DNA of 63,445 nt, counting the filler, from Deltaproteobacteria bacterium (GTDB lineage: Bacteria; JAUYMQ01), in assembly GCA_030698575.1 (NCBI GenBank). It is 10 parts of 10 records of this genome, joined end to end, with 100 filler letters (N's around TTAATTAATTAA, not from the genome) between each part and the next. Parts side by side here need not be neighbours in the genome. Positions count along the whole stretch, not along the records: positions 48,308 to 60,382 come from JAUYMQ010000314.1; positions 60,483 to 63,445 come from JAUYMQ010000321.1; 8 more parts are not named here. The stretch is one strand, 5' to 3'. Positions 51,833 to 63,445 of this stretch are shown here, piece by piece. Within the stretch, counting starts at the first letter, position 1; the number at the start of each line of letters is the position of its first letter. Made by a program: the position numbers and the translations under genes. Under the pieces are notes generated by a model. The model was not told where the DNA came from and did not search any database. It was given only the letters and a program-made list of their open reading frames with translations.

Positions 51833-51861
51833 ACGCTATCGCACCCCGCCGGGGGAGTCAA
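51833..51861 (-). promoter_or_regulatory. sigma70-like promoter
   Basis: Minus strand TTGACT-17 nt-TAGCGT. Confidence 0.4.
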
Positions 51862-51951
51862 ACAATTGCTCCCGGAGGGGCACGCCCGGCGCCCACATAT
51901 GAGAGTGCCCGCGAATTTCCTCCGCCCCGGGGCGTGCTATCATATCGCGCG

Positions 51952-53025
51952 ATGGATTCCGCCGAATTCGACTACTCGCTCCCGCCGGAGCGCATCGCCC
52001 AGCGTCCTGCGCGCCCGCGCGACGCGTCGCGCATTTTGCTGCTCAGCCGCCACGAAGGTGCGCTCGCAGCCGCGGGCTCGCCCATCTCGCACGCCTTTTT
52101 CCGCGATCTTCCCCGTTACCTCCGACCCGGTGACCTCCTGGTCGTCAACGACGCACGCGTTGTGGCGGCGCGCTTGCGCGGGCGAAAGCAGGCGACCGGG
52201 GGCGGCGTCGAGATTCTCCTGCTCGGGCCCGCGGGCCAGGGTCGCTGGCGGGCCCTGGCGCGAGGGCTCGGACGAGCGCCTTCAGGAACCAAACTCTCAT
52301 TCACATCGGCAGCTTCCGCCGAGAGTCTTGAGGAAAAGCTCGAAGCCGAACTCCTCGGCAGGGAACCGGACGGCGCCGTCCTCCTCGGCTTTTCGGGCAT
52401 AGCCGCCGAAGCCCCCACCCGCCTGGGCGAGATGCCGATCCCCCCCTACATCCGCAAGGGCCGGGCCGACGAGCAGGACCGCAGCGACTACCAGACCTGC
52501 TTCGCGGCCACGCCGGGCGCCGTGGCCGCCCCGACCGCAAGTCTTCACTTCACGAGGGAGCTTCTCGAGCGCATTTCGGCGCGAGGAGTTGAGGTCGCGC
52601 GGCTCACGCTCCACGTCGGATGGGGCACCTTCGCGCCCATCGACCGGGACCGGCTGGACGCCGGGAGACTGCACTCGGAAAGGTTCGCCCTCGACGAGGG
52701 CGCTGCCCGCGCCGTGAACGAAGCCAAGGCGGAGGGCCGCCGGGTCATCGCCGTTGGAACCACCACGGCCCGTGTTCTCGAATCCGTCGCGGACAGCTCC
52801 GGACGCGTCGAGGCGCAAAAGGGCGCGACGGATCTCTTCATCCGCCCCGGGCACCGCTTCCGCTGCATGAATGCGCTGATCACCAACTTCCACCTTCCTC
52901 GCTCGAGCCTGCTCATGCTCGTCGCCGCATTTGCGGGGCGCGAGCACGTTCTCGACGCCTATCGCGAAGCGCTCGCGCAGGACTATCGCTTCTACAGCTA
53001 CGGCGACGCGATGTTCATTTATTGA
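51952..53025 (+). CDS. queA: S-adenosylmethionine:tRNA ribosyltransferase-isomerase
   Basis: FDYSLP..IAQ, AAPTA.LHF, TLHVG.GTF, TNFHLP.S, YRFYSYGDAM. Confidence 0.96.
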   Translation: MDSAEFDYSLPPERIAQRPARPRDASRILLLSRHEGALAAAGSPISHAFFRDLPRYLRPGDLLVVNDARVVAARLRGRKQATGGGVEILLLGPAGQGRWRALARGLGRAPSGTKLSFTSAASAESLEEKLEAELLGREPDGAVLLGFSGIAAEAPTRLGEMPIPPYIRKGRADEQDRSDYQTCFAATPGAVAAPTASLHFTRELLERISARGVEVARLTLHVGWGTFAPIDRDRLDAGRLHSERFALDEGAARAVNEAKAEGRRVIAVGTTTARVLESVADSSGRVEAQKGATDLFIRPGHRFRCMNALITNFHLPRSSLLMLVAAFAGREHVLDAYREALAQDYRFYSYGDAMFIY

Positions 53026-54631
<1,606 letters not shown>

Positions 54632-54635
<4 letters not shown>

Positions 54636-56164
54636 ATCCTTCCCGATCTCGCCCGGTCGGAGTTCCCACGACCGGCGCCGCCGGCGCCCAGCCGCCACCC
54701 CACGCGGAGATGGCGGATGCAGCCGTCGAGGAGGCCCTCCGGGCGGGCGCGGGATACGCCGATGCCCGTGTCCTTCGTCGCGCGCGCCGCGCCATCCTGG
54801 TCAAGAACGGAAACGTCGCAAGCCTGGAGGAGGAGGAACAGCTCGGCCTGGCCGTCCGCGCGCTCTCTGGAGCGGAGGGGGGCGCCTGGGGGTTCGTGGC
54901 GACGTCCGATCTGAGCGAAGCCTCCGTCGCCCGGGCGGCGCGCGAAGCCCTGGCCCAGGCAAGAGCGACGGCCTCGGCTGGCGGCGCTGTCCGCCTTGCC
55001 CCTCAGCAGCCCGTTGAGGCCGCATGGGCGACACCGATCGTCATCGATCCCTGGTCGGTCCCCCTCTCAGAGCAGGTCGATCTCCTTCGGCGCGCCGACG
55101 CGGCAATGCGCACGGTCCGCGGCATTGGCGTCTCCGAGGCCTGCCTGCGCTTCGAGCGGCGGGATCAGCGGTTCGTTTCGAGCGAGGGTGCGCGCATCGA
55201 TCAATCGATCATTCACACCGGCGCCGGAATCTGCGCCCGCGCCTTCAAGGACGGCGTCATCACGCGCCGCTCCTATCCGAACTCCGCGGGCGGGCAGCAT
55301 GCCGCCCGGGGTTACGAGCTGGCGCTGGAGCTCGATCTTCCCGGAAACGCGCACCGCATCGCCGGGGAAGCGGTCGCCCTGCTCGACGCTCCCCCCTGCC
55401 CCTCCGGAGAGATGGACATCATCCTGGGCGGCGCGATGCTCGCCCTCCAGATACACGAGTCGATCGGGCACCCGACAGAGCTCGACCGGATCCTGGGGTG
55501 GGAGGCCGTCGTCGCCGGCACGAGCTACCTGGGTCTCGAGGACCTGGGGAGCTTTCGCCTCGGCTCGCCGCTTGTGAACGTCGTCGCCGACGCCCGCCCG
55601 AACCACGGCCCCGGTGTGGGAACCTTCGGCTTCGACGACGAGGGTGTCCCTTCTTCCTGCGTCGACATCGTGCGAAACGGCGTGGTTGTGGGCGCGACCT
55701 CCGGACGCGAGAGCGCGGCGGCGGCGGGGCTGGCCCAATCGGGGGGCGCCGTTCGCGCCGAGGGGTGGGATCGATTCCCGCTGGTGCGCATGACGAACGT
55801 GAGCCTTCTTCCGGGAGCGGGCACGCTCGCGGATCTCGTCGCCGACACGCGCGAGGGGATGCTTCTCGACACCGACTACTCCTGGTCCATCGACGACAAA
55901 CGCCTGAACTTCCAATTCGGAACCGAGATCGGCTGGCGCATCCGCGGCGGGCGCGTCGCCGAGATGGTGCGGGGGGCAACTTACGGGGGCGTCTCGCCGA
56001 GCTTTTGGTCGGCCTTCGACGCCGTCTGCGGCCCGGAGGAGTGGAACATCTGGGGGCTCGCCGACTGCGGGAAGGGACATCCGATGCAGAGCATGTCGAC
56101 CGGCCACGGCGCCGCACCGGCGCGCTTCCGCGGCGTGCGCGTCGGCTTTCTGGGCGGATCGTGA
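54632..56164 (+). CDS. tldD: TldD metalloprotease
   Basis: HESIGH.TELDR, DDEG, RMTN, CGKG. Confidence 0.92.
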
Positions 56165-57561
56165 CCGCGTCACGGTCGCCCGCGAACACGGGCGGGCTTC
56201 CCGGCCAGGACGAGTGCCTGGCGGTCCTCGAGCAGGCGGTGCGCTCGGTCAGCGCCGACGGCGCCGAGGCCACCCTCTCCGCCCATGTCGAGCGACTGAC
56301 GGGATTTGCCGCGAACCAGGTGCGTCACGCGACCACCGAATCCCGACGTTCACTCTCTCTCGCCGCCGTCTTCGACCGGTGCCTGGTCCGCGTCACCACC
56401 GACCGCTGCGACAGAGAGGGGATCAGCCGTCTTGGGCGGCGCGCCGGGGAGATGGCCGCCGTGCCCCGGGAGCCTGATCTCGAGATCACCCTGGCGCCGC
56501 CGGGCCCCTCCTACCCGGAATCGCGTTTCGATGCAGCCACCGCAGCCGACGATCACGCCGCGCAGGCCGAAGACGTGGCTGGCGTCCTGCGGCTCGCCGC
56601 CGAACGGCACCTGGAGGCCGCCGGTTACCTGCTGTCGAGGGTCGCGTCCGAAGCGATCCTGAACACGGCCGGTCTCGCGGCCTACCACCTCGGTACGGCC
56701 GCGGAAACGGCGGTGACCTTGAGGCGAAACTTGGGCAGCGGAAAGCTGGGAAACGCGGAGACGAGCGGTTACGGGGCGATGGCTTCCTGGCGGGCCGCAG
56801 CCTTGCGCCTCGAGGCCCTCTCCGTGTCGGCCGCGAACAAGGCGCTCTGGGGCGCCGCCTCTTCGAGCGTCCCGCCCGGCCGTTACACGGTCATCCTGGA
56901 GCCGCTCGCCGTGGCCGAGCTCCTTCTCTTCCTGGCCGAGGGGTTCAACGCGCGTGCCGTGCTGGAGGAGGACAGCTTTCTGTCGGGGCGAATGGAACGC
57001 ATGCGGTTCAGCCCGCTATTCACCCTTCGCGACGACGTCACCCATCCGCTGCAGCACGGTGCGCCCTTCGACGGCGAGGGATGGCCGCGACAGCGGGTGA
57101 CGCTCGTCGACGCCGGGCGAGTCGCGTCGCTGCTTTACGACCGCGCCACCGCCAGCCGGATGGGCGCGGCGCCGACGGGGCACGGCTACGCTCTCCCGAA
57201 CCCGCACGGCGCAGCCGCTTCCAACCTCGTGCTCGCGCCAGGGGAGACGACGAACGATCAGCTCGTGGCTGGTTGCGAGCGGGGAATCCTGGTCACTCGG
57301 TTCTGGTATGTGCGCCCCGTCGATCCCGGCACGCTCACCGTCACGGGGCTCACGCGGGACGGAACCTTCCTCATCGAGGACGGGCGAGTCACTCGCCGGC
57401 TCACCGATCTGCGCTGGAATGAATCGTTGATCGAGGGTTTCGGGCGCATCGACGCCGTCGGCAACCTGCCCGCCGTGGTGCCGATCGACGGCGCAACGGT
57501 CGTCACGCCGGCGCTTCGCATACCGGGCTTCAACTTTGGCGGTAGCGAACCGGATCCGTGA
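56161..57561 (+). CDS. TldE/PmbA family protein
   Basis: [26 protein letters not shown]; no HExxxH. Confidence 0.88.
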   Translation: MTASRSPANTGGLPGQDECLAVLEQAVRSVSADGAEATLSAHVERLTGFAANQVRHATTESRRSLSLAAVFDRCLVRVTTDRCDREGISRLGRRAGEMAAVPREPDLEITLAPPGPSYPESRFDAATAADDHAAQAEDVAGVLRLAAERHLEAAGYLLSRVASEAILNTAGLAAYHLGTAAETAVTLRRNLGSGKLGNAETSGYGAMASWRAAALRLEALSVSAANKALWGAASSSVPPGRYTVILEPLAVAELLLFLAEGFNARAVLEEDSFLSGRMERMRFSPLFTLRDDVTHPLQHGAPFDGEGWPRQRVTLVDAGRVASLLYDRATASRMGAAPTGHGYALPNPHGAAASNLVLAPGETTNDQLVAGCERGILVTRFWYVRPVDPGTLTVTGLTRDGTFLIEDGRVTRRLTDLRWNESLIEGFGRIDAVGNLPAVVPIDGATVVTPALRIPGFNFGGSEPDP

Positions 57562-58228
57562 TACCCGCCTCGCGAAACCCCTTCAGGCGAAGCTGGCAGG
57601 CGTCGCAGCGGCCGCAGGCCACCGCTTCAGCGTCGGGATCGTAGCAGGAGTGCGTGAGGGAAAAATCGACGCGCAGATTTCTCCCGTACAGGATGATTTC
57701 CGATTTTCGGAAGCGAAGCAGCGGCGTATGCACGCGGAACTCCCCCTGCCCTTCCACGCCGGCCTTGGTGGCCAGGTTCGCGAGCCGTTCGAAACTCTCG
57801 ACGAATGCCGGGCGGCAGTCAGGGTAGCCGGAGTAGTCGAGCGCGTTCACTCCGATCCAGAGATCGAAGGCGCCTACCACCTCGGCCCATGCGAGGGCGA
57901 GCGAAAGAAAGACGGTGTTTCGAGCCGGCACGTAGGTCACCGGAATGCCCTCGGCGATGTCTTCCGCCGGCCGATCCTTCGGCACCGGCGCATCGCTCGT
58001 GAGCGCCGAGCCGCCGAAGGCGCGAAGATCGATCGGCAGGATTTTGTGCTCGACGGCCTCGAGGGCGCCAGCCACGCGCGCCGCCGCCTCCAGCTCCACG
58101 CGGTGGCGCTGACCGTAGTCGATCGTCAGGGCGTAGCACGCGTACCCCTCGTGGCGAGCGCTGGCCATGGCGACGGTCGAATCGAGCCCTCCCGAGAGAA
58201 GCACTACCGCCTTTGCTTCGTCAGCCAC
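57530..58228 (-). CDS. queC: 7-cyano-7-deazaguanine synthase
   Basis: LSGGLDS, YGQRH, YVPARN, YPDCR, SCY..CGRCDAC. Confidence 0.96.
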   Translation of the reverse strand: MADEAKAVVLLSGGLDSTVAMASARHEGYACYALTIDYGQRHRVELEAAARVAGALEAVEHKILPIDLRAFGGSALTSDAPVPKDRPAEDIAEGIPVTYVPARNTVFLSLALAWAEVVGAFDLWIGVNALDYSGYPDCRPAFVESFERLANLATKAGVEGQGEFRVHTPLLRFRKSEIILYGRNLRVDFSLTHSCYDPDAEAVACGRCDACQLRLKGFREAGITDPVRYRQS

Positions 58229-58421
58229 GTCTCAGATCCCTCCCCGGGCCCGCGTTGCGGGCCGGCTCCGTTCCAATACACCGGAGAACACCAGCGGGCA
58301 ACAGGCGCTCTCGGCCCGCCGTGTCACGGCGTCCTTTGAGCCCGCCGCTCGAACTGTGATATCTTGCGCGCACACCGACCGCGGCGGCCAGATCGCCGCC
58401 TCAAACAGCAGATCCGACCCA

Positions 58422-59501
58422 ATGGCGCAGCAAATATTGAAGGACACCTCGCCCGTCCGGCCGGGCGAGGCAATCGACCCCGAAGCCCTGGAACGCTACC
58501 TGGAAGGGCGTCTTCCAGGCGCCGCGGGGCCTGTCACGATCAGCCAGTTTCCCGGGGGCCACTCAAACCTCACTTACTGCATCGAGATGGGCGGACGCGA
58601 GTACGTCCTGCGGCGGCCACCGGTCGGCCCCGTCGCTCCGACTGCCCATGACATGTCTCGCGAGTATCGCGTCCTGAGAGCGCTCCAGGGTCATTTTGAG
58701 CCGGCCCCCGAGCCCTACGTTCTGTGCGAGGATCCGTCGGTGATCGGCGTCCCCTTCTACGTAATGGAGCGGCGACGGGGAATTGTCATCCGCCGTGATA
58801 TTCCGGCGGAGATCGAGGCGATGGGGCGCCCGGAAGTCGTGCACCGGGCCATCAGCGCCGCCATGGTCGACACGCTCGCCCGGCTGCACGGAGTGGATTT
58901 CGTCGAGGCGGGGCTGGGGAATCTCGGCAAGCCGGAGGGCTTTGTTCGACGGCAGGTAACCGGTTGGGCAGGGCGATGGGAGAAGGCCAAGACGAGGGAG
59001 ATCCCGGAAATCGATCACCTGGCGAGGCTTCTCGAGGCGCGCATCCCGCCGTCGCCCGCGCCGACCCTGGTGCACAACGATTTCAAGCTCGACAACCTGA
59101 TGATCGACCCTCGGGATCCCTCCCGCATCGTGGCCGTGCTCGACTGGGAGATGTGCACGGTTGGGGACCCGCTGATCGACGTGGGACTCCTGCTCGCCTA
59201 CTGGCCCCGCCCCGACGATCCGACGGCGCGGCAGCTGGCCATCAGTTCGATCACGACGCACCCGGGCTTCTTCACGCGCGACGAGGTGCTGGCCCGCTAC
59301 GTCGAGCGCACCGGGCGGGACGTGGAGCAAATTGGTTTCTACGAAACCTTCGCGCTCTACAAGCTCTGCGTCGTGCTCGAGCAGATCTATGTTCGATACG
59401 TGCGCGGCCAGACGAAGGACGAACGCTTCGCCGCTTTCGAGACGTCGGTCCCGGGGCTGGCGCGAGCAGCCGCCGACCTCGCCGAGCGCGTCGGCCTCTG
59501 A
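58422..59501 (+). CDS. Phosphotransferase (APH/ACAD10-11 N-terminal-like)
   Basis: [33 protein letters not shown]. Confidence 0.9.
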   Translation: MAQQILKDTSPVRPGEAIDPEALERYLEGRLPGAAGPVTISQFPGGHSNLTYCIEMGGREYVLRRPPVGPVAPTAHDMSREYRVLRALQGHFEPAPEPYVLCEDPSVIGVPFYVMERRRGIVIRRDIPAEIEAMGRPEVVHRAISAAMVDTLARLHGVDFVEAGLGNLGKPEGFVRRQVTGWAGRWEKAKTREIPEIDHLARLLEARIPPSPAPTLVHNDFKLDNLMIDPRDPSRIVAVLDWEMCTVGDPLIDVGLLLAYWPRPDDPTARQLAISSITTHPGFFTRDEVLARYVERTGRDVEQIGFYETFALYKLCVVLEQIYVRYVRGQTKDERFAAFETSVPGLARAAADLAERVGL

Positions 59502-59564
59502 CACACCCTGGACGCCCAGAACCTGCCTGCCGGAAAACGTGCCCGGCCGCATACAGGAGGTTAC

Positions 59565-60382
59565 ATGCCTCTCCTTCGAACACCGGAAGAACGGTTCAGC
59601 AATATTCCCGATTACCCGTTCGCGCCCCACTATCTTGATTGGAACGGAGCGCGCATCCACTATCTGGACGAGGGTGAAGGAGAGGTGATCCTCTGCCTCC
59701 ACGGCGAGCCTTCCTGGTCCTTCCTTTACCGCAAGATGATCCCGATCCTTGCCCGCAAGGGGCGTGTGATCGCGCCCGATCTCATCGGTTTCGGAAAGAG
59801 CGACAAGTTCACCGAGCCCGACGAATACTCGATCCAGATGCACCGTGATTCCATGCGCCATCTCCTCGATGGCCTCGGGCTTGATCGCATAACGCTCGTC
59901 GGGCAGGACTGGGGCGGGATGATCGGTATGCGGCTCCTCGGAGAGGAGCCAGAACGCTTCTCACGCATCGTCCTCGCGAACACGGGCCTGGCGACAGGCG
60001 ACACGCCGGTGCCGAAGGGACTCTCTGTCTGGCGGGACTTCATCGCCCGGTCGGAGGATCTCGACATCGGGCTCGTCTTCCGGCAGGCCATCATCGACGA
60101 CGCCTGCAAGACCGACGAAATCATTCATGCCTACGAGGCGCCCTTCCCCGATCGTTCCTACAAGACGGGCGCCCTCAGATTTCCCATGATGATCCCCGTG
60201 CTGCCGGACGATCCGGGGGCGGCGGAGATGCGCGCCACGCGGGAGGTCCTGTCCGGCTGGAAGAAGCCGGCGTTCGTCGCGGGCTCCGACCAGGACATGG
60301 TTCTCGGTGTTCCCGCGGCCACCCACCTCGCGAAGATCATCCCGACGGCGGGTGACGTCGTCGTCATCGAGGGGGCGGGCCA
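59565..60382 (+). CDS. Haloalkane dehalogenase (partial)
   Basis: LRTPEERF, HGEPSWSFLYRK, GQDWGG, AYEAPFPD. Confidence 0.88.
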
Positions 60383-60482
60383 NNNNNNNNNNNNNNNNNN
60401 NNNNNNNNNNNNNNNNNNNNNNNNNNTTAATTAATTAANNNNNNNNNNNNNNNNNNNNNNNNNNNNNNNNNNNNNNNNNNNN

Positions 60483-60888
60483 CGGCTTTGTAGACGCGCT
60501 TGGCGAGGAAGTCGCCCTCGGAGTAGTAGCGGCGGAAGAAGCTGAACAGGTGGTCGTAGACCTCGCTCTCCAATGCCCCAATGTCCACGGCGTCGCTCTG
60601 GAGCCGGGCGCGCAGCTCGTCGACCTTGGGCGACTGCGCGGGGTCCATGTCCGCGGCCTCGATGCCCGCGATGACCCTGGCCAGCTCCTTCTCGATCTCG
60701 GCCTTGTCGGCGCTCTGGTATTGACCGAAGGCCGATTGCACCTGCGGCAGCAGGTCCCGGCCAAGGAACTGCGACACCTCGGCGCTCTTGGCGTGCATGA
60801 CGCGGTAGAGGCCGAAGTCCAGGTCGGGCTGGTCGAGCTGGAACAGCTCCTGCAGCAGGGACTTCAGCTTTTCGTATTTCTGGCTCAT
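60483..60888 (-). CDS. Site-specific DNA methyltransferase (type III Mod-like), N-terminus
   Basis: LQELFQLDQPDLDFGLYRVM...VYDHLFSFFRRYYSEGDF, an N-terminus typical of this family; catalytic motifs lie beyond the contig. Confidence 0.75.
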
Positions 60889-62243
60889 GAGGCTTCCATC
60901 GAGAAATAGCGGCGTTTGGGATCCTGCGGGCCGGTGCCGATTTCACGCACCAGTCCAAGGGCAACCAGGGCGGCGAGGCGTGTGCGTGTGGCGCGCGGGG
61001 TGAGTCCGATCTTGTCGGCGATCTGGCGGGTCGCAAGTCCTTCGGGCGCCCGGACCAGGGCCACGATGGCCCGATCGGTTTCGTCGAGCGTGACCGACTG
61101 CACCTGGCCAGTGCGCAGGGTCACGCGGAAGCGGATGCCGATCTCCTCCAGCACCGGGGCCGCGAGCCCGGCGTCACGGCACGCCGCGATCATGCGCTGG
61201 ACGCCGCTGCCCCACTGCTCCACCAAGCCGAGTTCGTGGAACACCCGTCCGATCACGCGATTGCGCAGCTTGGAGACGCCGAGAGGAAGATCGGCAACGG
61301 TCAGGCCGAAGGGGAGGAGTCCTGGGTTTTCGACCTCCAGCCGGTCGTCGAAGAGGGCGACGCGGATCGGTGCGCCGACCTGGGAATAGTCGGCGTGCGC
61401 CACCGCGTTGATCACGGCCTCGCGCACCGCCACGGGCGGCAGCGACCACTGTTCGCTGCGCCGCAGCCGCCCGACCTGCGCGCCATGGGTCGAGTGCTTT
61501 TCCACGAAGGTGATGGCCTGTTCGATGGCCTCCAGCAGCGGGCCCTTCAACTCGGCGTGGTCGGCGATCCTGGCGCGATCAGTGCCCCCGAATCGGCCCA
61601 CCTGGATCCAGGCGTCGGGAAAGTGTCGTAGCCGGTCGATACCAAACAGCAGCGTGCCGCCCGCCGTCGGCACCCTGCGGCCCTGGTGTTCGGTCACGAG
61701 GCGCAGCGTCTCCAGATCCCGCTTGCCCAGCCGCCTGACTGCGGCGAAGGACTCGGAAGCCGCTCGGAAGTCGATCGCTTCCGAGTCGAGGCCGGGCATC
61801 GCGCGCTCATCAAACGCCTCCCCACGTGAGAAGCGATGCATCTCGGCGATCAGCGCATCGTCTGCCCGGCGGTTGGTCGAACCCACACGCACATACGTCC
61901 CCGCCGTTACACCTGTCCTGGCGAGGTGGTGCGGACGCGTCGGACTGGGGTGGACATGGACCGCCACCACGTGGGTATTGCGATAGGTCAAGATCTCGAT
62001 ATCCGGCAACAGGCGCGGGGCGATGGCGTCGGTGATCAAGCTGGCGATCCGCTCCTCCAGGGCGAACGGGTCGGCGACACCACGAACGTGCCGGGTCCCG
62101 TCCTCGACCCCGACGAGAACGACGCCGCCGGCCGTGTTGGCAAAGGCGACAACCGTCCGCAGCAGTCCCTCGGGCGAGGACAGGTCACGTTTGAACTCGA
62201 GTATCTTGCCTTCAGGCCGGCGGAGCGCGTCGAGGAGATCCAT
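60885..62243 (-). CDS. AlbA_2 (Schlafen-like) + HATPase_c_4 + HTH protein
   Basis: EGKILEFK, AFANTAGG..VGVED, REAVINAVAHADY, ENPG, RNRVI, GSGV, C-terminal HTH. Confidence 0.9.
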   Translation of the reverse strand: MDLLDALRRPEGKILEFKRDLSSPEGLLRTVVAFANTAGGVVLVGVEDGTRHVRGVADPFALEERIASLITDAIAPRLLPDIEILTYRNTHVVAVHVHPSPTRPHHLARTGVTAGTYVRVGSTNRRADDALIAEMHRFSRGEAFDERAMPGLDSEAIDFRAASESFAAVRRLGKRDLETLRLVTEHQGRRVPTAGGTLLFGIDRLRHFPDAWIQVGRFGGTDRARIADHAELKGPLLEAIEQAITFVEKHSTHGAQVGRLRRSEQWSLPPVAVREAVINAVAHADYSQVGAPIRVALFDDRLEVENPGLLPFGLTVADLPLGVSKLRNRVIGRVFHELGLVEQWGSGVQRMIAACRDAGLAAPVLEEIGIRFRVTLRTGQVQSVTLDETDRAIVALVRAPEGLATRQIADKIGLTPRATRTRLAALVALGLVREIGTGPQDPKRRYFSMEAS

Positions 62244-62386
62244 TACTCGGAAGTGTACTGGGAAGCGCTGGCGCTCGCCAGCCTTGGTCCTGGCCAACCG
62301 AGGCGTTCACGATATTGAGTATTTTTACTCATCGCCCTGAGCAACAACAGGCAGAGCAGGCCTGCGGATCGGCGCCATTCGACGGT

Positions 62387-63445
62387 TCACTCGACCACCC
62401 AGCGGATGGTAAAGAGCGTTTCCGTCTCAGTCCGTTGCGCCAGCCGCCGCTCCAGCGCTTCGATCAGCGCGTCGCGCTTCTCCATGATCTCGTCCTCGGC
62501 TTTGAAGATGTCCTGGCGCTGGCGACGCTGCTGCTTTTCCAGTTTCCGCAGTTGCTGCTGAATCGCGTGCTGCTCTTCGAGCGTGACCGCCTGGCGCCCC
62601 AGGCGCCGCAGGGCCTTGATCTGCTCCTTGGTATCTGACAGCGCTTTCTCCGCCGACAGCACCATGTCGTCGGCCCACTTCTCCAGCTTTTCGCGGGCCG
62701 CGTGGAAGTACACGTTGTTCTGTTCGAGCGAGCGGCTCACGGTGGCCTTGGCATGGCGCTCGGCTTCCGCGGTAAGGCGTTGCGCCACAGCGGCCGGGAT
62801 CGTGCCGCCCCCTTCCTGCGAGATGCGGCCCGCACAACCGAACAGCTTCTCCATCGTCTCCCGGTCGAGCGAGCCCCCGGCCTCGTCAAAACCGGAGAAC
62901 AGCAGGTGTTCCTCCCGCTCGTAGGACTCGATGGTGAGGCGGGTCAGCGTGAGGTAGCCGGCATTCCCGCGCAGCGCCTCGATCACGGAGAGCCGTGTCG
63001 GATGGTTCGTCACATCGAAGACGATCCGCTCGGGCGGCGTCGACAGCGCCTTGGCGCTGTCCACAACATGCTCACCCAGCGGGTGCGAGAGGCGATAAAG
63101 AAACTGGCCGCGCTGGTCGCTGCTGCCGCCGTCGCCTTCCTGCGCTGCCTTAGGGGAGGACTTGGAGATCAGGTGGTAGCGGCCAGCGGCGATCTCCGCG
63201 CTCGGCGGGCGCTCGAGGTCAAAGGCCAGCGCGGCATCGTCGAAGCGAGCGCGGTCGTCGAGCATGAAGCGAGTCAGTGACCAGAAGCGCTGGCCGAAGC
63301 GGTCGAGCTGGGCCTTCGCGTCGTCGAGCTGCAGCCGTAGGCGGTGGTGCACGTCCTCGTCGAAGTGCTCGAACAGGGTCCGGCGTGTGTCGTCCATTCG
63401 AGCGCGGATGCTCTCGTCCATCTCTGCCTGCAGGGTGCGGAACGC
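62387..63445 (-). CDS. SNF2-family helicase, C-terminal region (partial)
   Basis: YRLSHPL, EKLEKWADD, coiled coil, LFTIRWVVE* tail typical of SNF2 proteins next to Mod genes; helicase motifs are outside the window. Confidence 0.65.
   Translation of the reverse strand, partial: AFRTLQAEMDESIRARMDDTRRTLFEHFDEDVHHRLRLQLDDAKAQLDRFGQRFWSLTRFMLDDRARFDDAALAFDLERPPSAEIAAGRYHLISKSSPKAAQEGDGGSSDQRGQFLYRLSHPLGEHVVDSAKALSTPPERIVFDVTNHPTRLSVIEALRGNAGYLTLTRLTIESYEREEHLLFSGFDEAGGSLDRETMEKLFGCAGRISQEGGGTIPAAVAQRLTAEAERHAKATVSRSLEQNNVYFHAAREKLEKWADDMVLSAEKALSDTKEQIKALRRLGRQAVTLEEQHAIQQQLRKLEKQQRRQRQDIFKAEDEIMEKRDALIEALERRLAQRTETETLFTIRWVVE

Noticed and set aside
55024-57561. 845-aa ORF overlapping tldD
   Set aside because: Only 56161-57561 is PmbA-like; the upstream part is an off-frame read of tldD

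Overview
This window is not one locus. It is ten GC-rich bacterial contigs joined by nine artificial 100-nt spacers (N44-TTAATTAATTAA-N44), so gene neighbourhoods hold only within a contig. C1 (1-3008): MBL-fold hydrolase and B12-binding radical SAM gene. C2 (3109-8787): Tat-exported vanadium haloperoxidase bracketed by two copies of a 76-bp structured element, then a geranylgeranyl reductase, HigBA, an IS remnant and a hicB fragment. C3 (8888-11862): phage-like gene string. C4 (11963-15325): two attC-like sites with cassette-like genes, a broken Kelch gene and an MFS transporter. C5 (15426-19507): PKS (AT-DH-PPTase), ACP and alkaline-phosphatase-family gene. C6 (19608-22889): heptose/NDP-sugar genes. 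C7 (22990-43684): korAB, MacAB-TolC-type exporter, PIN/TRAM, Usp, hemD-hemE fusion/hemH/hemG/GST operon, radical SAM, nitroreductase and enolase-superfamily genes. C8 (43785-48207): uvrA end, trmB, rlmN and others. C9 (48308-60382): queA-tgt-mazG-tldD-tldE, queC, phosphotransferase and haloalkane dehalogenase. C10 (60483-63445): SNF2 helicase-AlbA/Schlafen-DNA methyltransferase defence-like locus. The best leads are the structure-conserving repeat around the haloperoxidase, the attC cassette array, the SNF2/AlbA/Mod locus, the PKS-PPTase cluster and a peptide motif shared by two phage ORFs. All calls come from motif recognition by eye; no database searches were run.
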